11,009 nucleotides of DNA, taken from Deltaproteobacteria bacterium. GTDB lineage: Bacteria > Myxococcota_A > UBA9160 > SMWR01. Positions within the stretch are counted from its first letter, which is position 1. Each line of letters starts with the position of its first letter. This document shows positions 8,868 through 11,009 of this stretch, in pieces. The stretch lies in the NCBI GenBank assembly GCA_032128375.1, contig JAQBGU010000074.1, forward strand, positions 1-11,009, in the 5' to 3' direction. The translations under genes and the position numbers were made by a program. A model generated the notes under the pieces. It was not told where the DNA came from, ran no database searches, and saw nothing but the letters and a program-made list of their open reading frames with translations.

Positions 8868-9236
8868 ATGAACAAAGTCATTTCCGTAGACGCCTCTCAT
8901 TCTTCTTTCGACATTCACAGAGATTTCTCCGTATCCACGAGAGAACGACAAGCGGGCCCTCCCGTGCGGATCGATGGCGTGACCGTGGGAATCGTTACTA
9001 TGGAACACGATGCGCCACACGGAGGAGAGGTACACCCTGACGGCGACGAGATCCTCTACGTCATTTCCGGTAGGCTCCGGGTAGTCGGCGATTCCGATCC
9101 AGCGCATCCACTAGAACTGGGCCCCGGAGCGGCGTGCATTGTAAAAAAGGGAGAGTGGCACAAAGTCGATGTACTTGAGAAAACACGGCTCCTCCACATC
9201 ACCCCTGGTCCGAATGGTGATCACAGACCAAAATGA
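8868..9236 (+). CDS. Cupin domain protein (gene cassette)
   Basis: 122 aa, GAGGGG RBS, cupin motifs GEVHPDGDEILYVISG and IVKKGEWH. Flanked by GTTAGGCGAC (8829-8838) and its near complement GTCGCCTAGC (9246-9255). Confidence 0.88.
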   Translation: MNKVISVDASHSSFDIHRDFSVSTRERQAGPPVRIDGVTVGIVTMEHDAPHGGEVHPDGDEILYVISGRLRVVGDSDPAHPLELGPGAACIVKKGEWHKVDVLEKTRLLHITPGPNGDHRPK

Positions 9237-9248
9237 TCAGGATGCGTC

Positions 9249-9348
9249 GCCTAGCAACTCGCTGCAGCAGACCCCCCAAACGTGTCATCCTGCTTCGCAA
9301 AAAGGCCGCAACTTTTCGCGGCCTTGTTCTGGATGTTAGGCGTTAGGC
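9249..9348 (+). repeat. Degenerate attC site with tandem R' boxes
   Basis: R'' GCCTAGC (9249-9255, AAC changed to AGC), 5-nt spacer, L'' GCTGCAGC (9261-9268), eroded L', and GTTAGGC twice (9335-9341, 9342-9348). Confidence 0.75.
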
Positions 9349-9372
9349 ACAACCACATCCAGGAGGTTGGAA

Positions 9373-9831
9373 ATGGGTAACATTCGTACAAAGGGCGGTT
9401 GTCTCTGCGGATCGGTCACCTTCGAAGCAGAGGTTGGAGAGAAAGTCGGAGCCTGTCATTGCGATATCTGCCGAAAGTGGGGCGGAGGCCCATTGTTCGC
9501 TCTCGATGGCGGAAATGATCTAGAGATATCTGGCAAGACGAACGTTGTTGTTTTCGACTCCACAGCTTGGGCGGAGCGAGCCTTTTGTTCCGTATGTGGA
9601 TCGCATCTCTACATTCGCGTCAAGGGTAGTGGTCGGTACATCGTTCCAGCTGGATTGTTCAATCTGGACGCAGAACTGACGTTTGACCACCAAATCTTCA
9701 TCGACAAGAAGCCTTCATATTACTGCTTTGCGAACGAGACATCGAACGCAACGGGGGCGGAAGTTTTTTTGCACAATTCACCCCACCCGACACCTAGGGG
9801 TCACAACCAAATTGCAGCAGCCGACGCCTAA
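9373..9831 (+). CDS. GFA family (CENP-V/GFA) zinc-binding protein, probable C-terminal frameshift (gene cassette)
   Basis: AGGAGG RBS; GGCLCG, CHCDICRK and ERAFCSVCGS motifs. T7 run at 9764-9770 probably shifts the tail; the alternative frame ends AQFTPPDT* at 9797. Confidence 0.88.
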   Translation: MGNIRTKGGCLCGSVTFEAEVGEKVGACHCDICRKWGGGPLFALDGGNDLEISGKTNVVVFDSTAWAERAFCSVCGSHLYIRVKGSGRYIVPAGLFNLDAELTFDHQIFIDKKPSYYCFANETSNATGAEVFLHNSPHPTPRGHNQIAAADA

Positions 9832-9832
9832 C
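9801..9832 (+). repeat. Left half of an attC site, cut off by IS110 remnant 3
   Basis: TCACAAC-CAAATTGCAGCAGCCGACGCCTAAC resembles R''-spacer-L''. GCCTAAC (9826-9832) is an alternative perfect R''. No matching right arm follows. Confidence 0.6.
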
Positions 9833-9921
9833 ACCTATCAGATTCTATCCAGGAGCTACGCCATCTGAGATCGTTGCTGTTACCCTTTTGTGAGTCACCA
9901 AACCAAAAAGGGAGAAACGCA

Positions 9922-10587
9922 ATGTCTACAGCAATGATCGAGAGCGAGCCTACCGTATGCGGTGAGTGCCCACATATGTCGATGGAATTAGGTGAAGGCA
10001 CGTGGAAGCTCGGATTCACCATCGGTTTTGGCGAGAAGTTTCTGCCGACCGGGCCTTCACTCGACTCCGTAGGGAATGGAAACGCGTGGAGTTGTGTACC
10101 GAGATGATCCGAACGCTCGAGGCAGAACGTCGCGAGATTCTCCGAGCTCGACCCGATCCCTGTGATCGACAACGTGTTTCAGCTGAACACGCTGCGGGGA
10201 ATCGGGATCAATAGCTCGTGGTTGTACGTGATGGAGTTCTTTGGCTGGCGGGAGTTTCGGAATGCGAAAGAGGTTGGGGCACTGGCGGGCCTGACTCCGA
10301 CTCCCTTTCAGAGCGGGAATCAACATCAAGAGCAGGGGATCAGCCATGCGGGCAATCGCCATGTCCGAGGGATGTCTGTCGAGATTGCGTGGGGGTGGCT
10401 TCGGTTCCAACCCCAGAGCGATCTCAGCCTTTGGTAGGAGAAGCGCTTCGGTCATGGAAGCAAGCGGATGCGAAAGGTCGGGATCATCGCTTTGGCACGC
10501 AAACTTCTGATTGCGTTGTGGCGCTTCTTGGAAACGGATGTGTTGCCGGAAGGCGCCGAGTTGAAACCGAATCCCGCAATCAGATAG
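9922..10587 (+). pseudogene. IS110-family (IS1111-type) transposase remnant 3
   Basis: GGGAGA RBS, N-terminus MSMELGEGTWKLGFTIG, large deletion near 10040, frameshifts, then LNTLRGIG...EFFGWREFRNAKEVGALAGLTPTPFQSG...ISHAGNRHVR. Premature TAG at 10435-10437; continues IIALARKLLIALWRFLE to TAG 10585-10587. Confidence 0.92.
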
Positions 10588-10835
10588 GAGCGTTTTGAAG
10601 ACGCTAAAACACTGGGCTCGTCTCATCTTCATTGTGGTTCGACCTGGTGTGGGCCGCCCGTAGTTGGGGGCGGGTGTCGAATGGCACCGTCTATCAGATG
10701 GGGCTGCCCACCCAGGTGGTTCTCAGTCCGCCGAACGGCGAACATGGAATCAGGTCTCCGGCATAAGAATGCTGGAACGGATAGAAGGTAGTCATCGGCG
10801 AAGGACCCGGCCAACGACTAGCCTGTTCAATTGAC
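10588..10835 (+). ncRNA. 3' non-coding end of IS110 remnant 3 (candidate bridge/seekRNA)
   Basis: About 250-nt hairpin-rich non-coding stretch after the transposase stop, ending at TTGACC. Contains CTATCAGAT and GGATAGAA matching the element's left junction. Confidence 0.65.
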
Positions 10836-10849
10836 CTTGGCTGCCGGCT

Positions 10850-10919
10850 GCCGATACTCGGTCGGCAGGTCGGGTCGGGACAGCGTTGCTGCTCGCCGCT
10901 ATTTGCCGATCCGTTGGGC
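10850..10919 (+). repeat. Right half of an attC site
   Basis: Hairpin CTGCCGA...TCGGCAG, then CTCGCCGCTATTTGCCGATCC and R' GTTGGGC (10913-10919), followed by an RBS and a new ORF. Confidence 0.65.
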
Positions 10920-10960
10920 AGATGTTTTCCTGGGATGCGCCGCGGTCGGAGGTAGGCACG

Positions 10961-11009
10961 ATGGGTGATGACGGACCGGAGGACGACTTCGGCTGTGAGC
11001 GTTGCTGGC
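10961..11009 (+). CDS. Hypothetical cassette protein, 5' fragment running off the window
   Basis: GGAGGT RBS, ATG 10961, MGDDGPEDDFGCERCW (CxxC), 42 nt after an R' box. Confidence 0.55.
   Translation, partial: MGDDGPEDDFGCERCW

Noticed and set aside
10057..10814. Minus-strand ORFs 10057-10632 and 10629-10814
   Set aside because: Antisense to the transposase remnant and its non-coding end.
5012..10919. Recurring GTTAGGC/GTTGGGC and GCTGCAGC as a CRISPR array
   Set aside because: Repeats are 7-10 nt and separated by whole genes, which fits attC boxes.

Overview
High-GC bacterial window with two parts. Left (285-4682) is housekeeping: a DUF374/LpxJ-like acyltransferase (+) converging on a minus-strand run of 3Fe-4S ferredoxin, serS and selB. 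Right (about 5012 to the end) is a decaying integron cassette array with no intact integrase. It holds plus-strand cassettes for an alpha/beta hydrolase, a secreted DUF1254/DUF1214 protein, a cupin, a GFA-family protein and a fifth partial ORF, bounded by damaged attC sites. A short IntI-like peptide remnant lies divergent to the first cassette. Three defective IS110-family remnants sit in or next to attC sites. One joins an attC R' box through a CT core. Two keep long 3' non-coding ends (candidate bridge/seekRNAs), and one of these carries 8-9 nt matches to its own left junction. All calls come from reading the sequence by eye; no searches were run.
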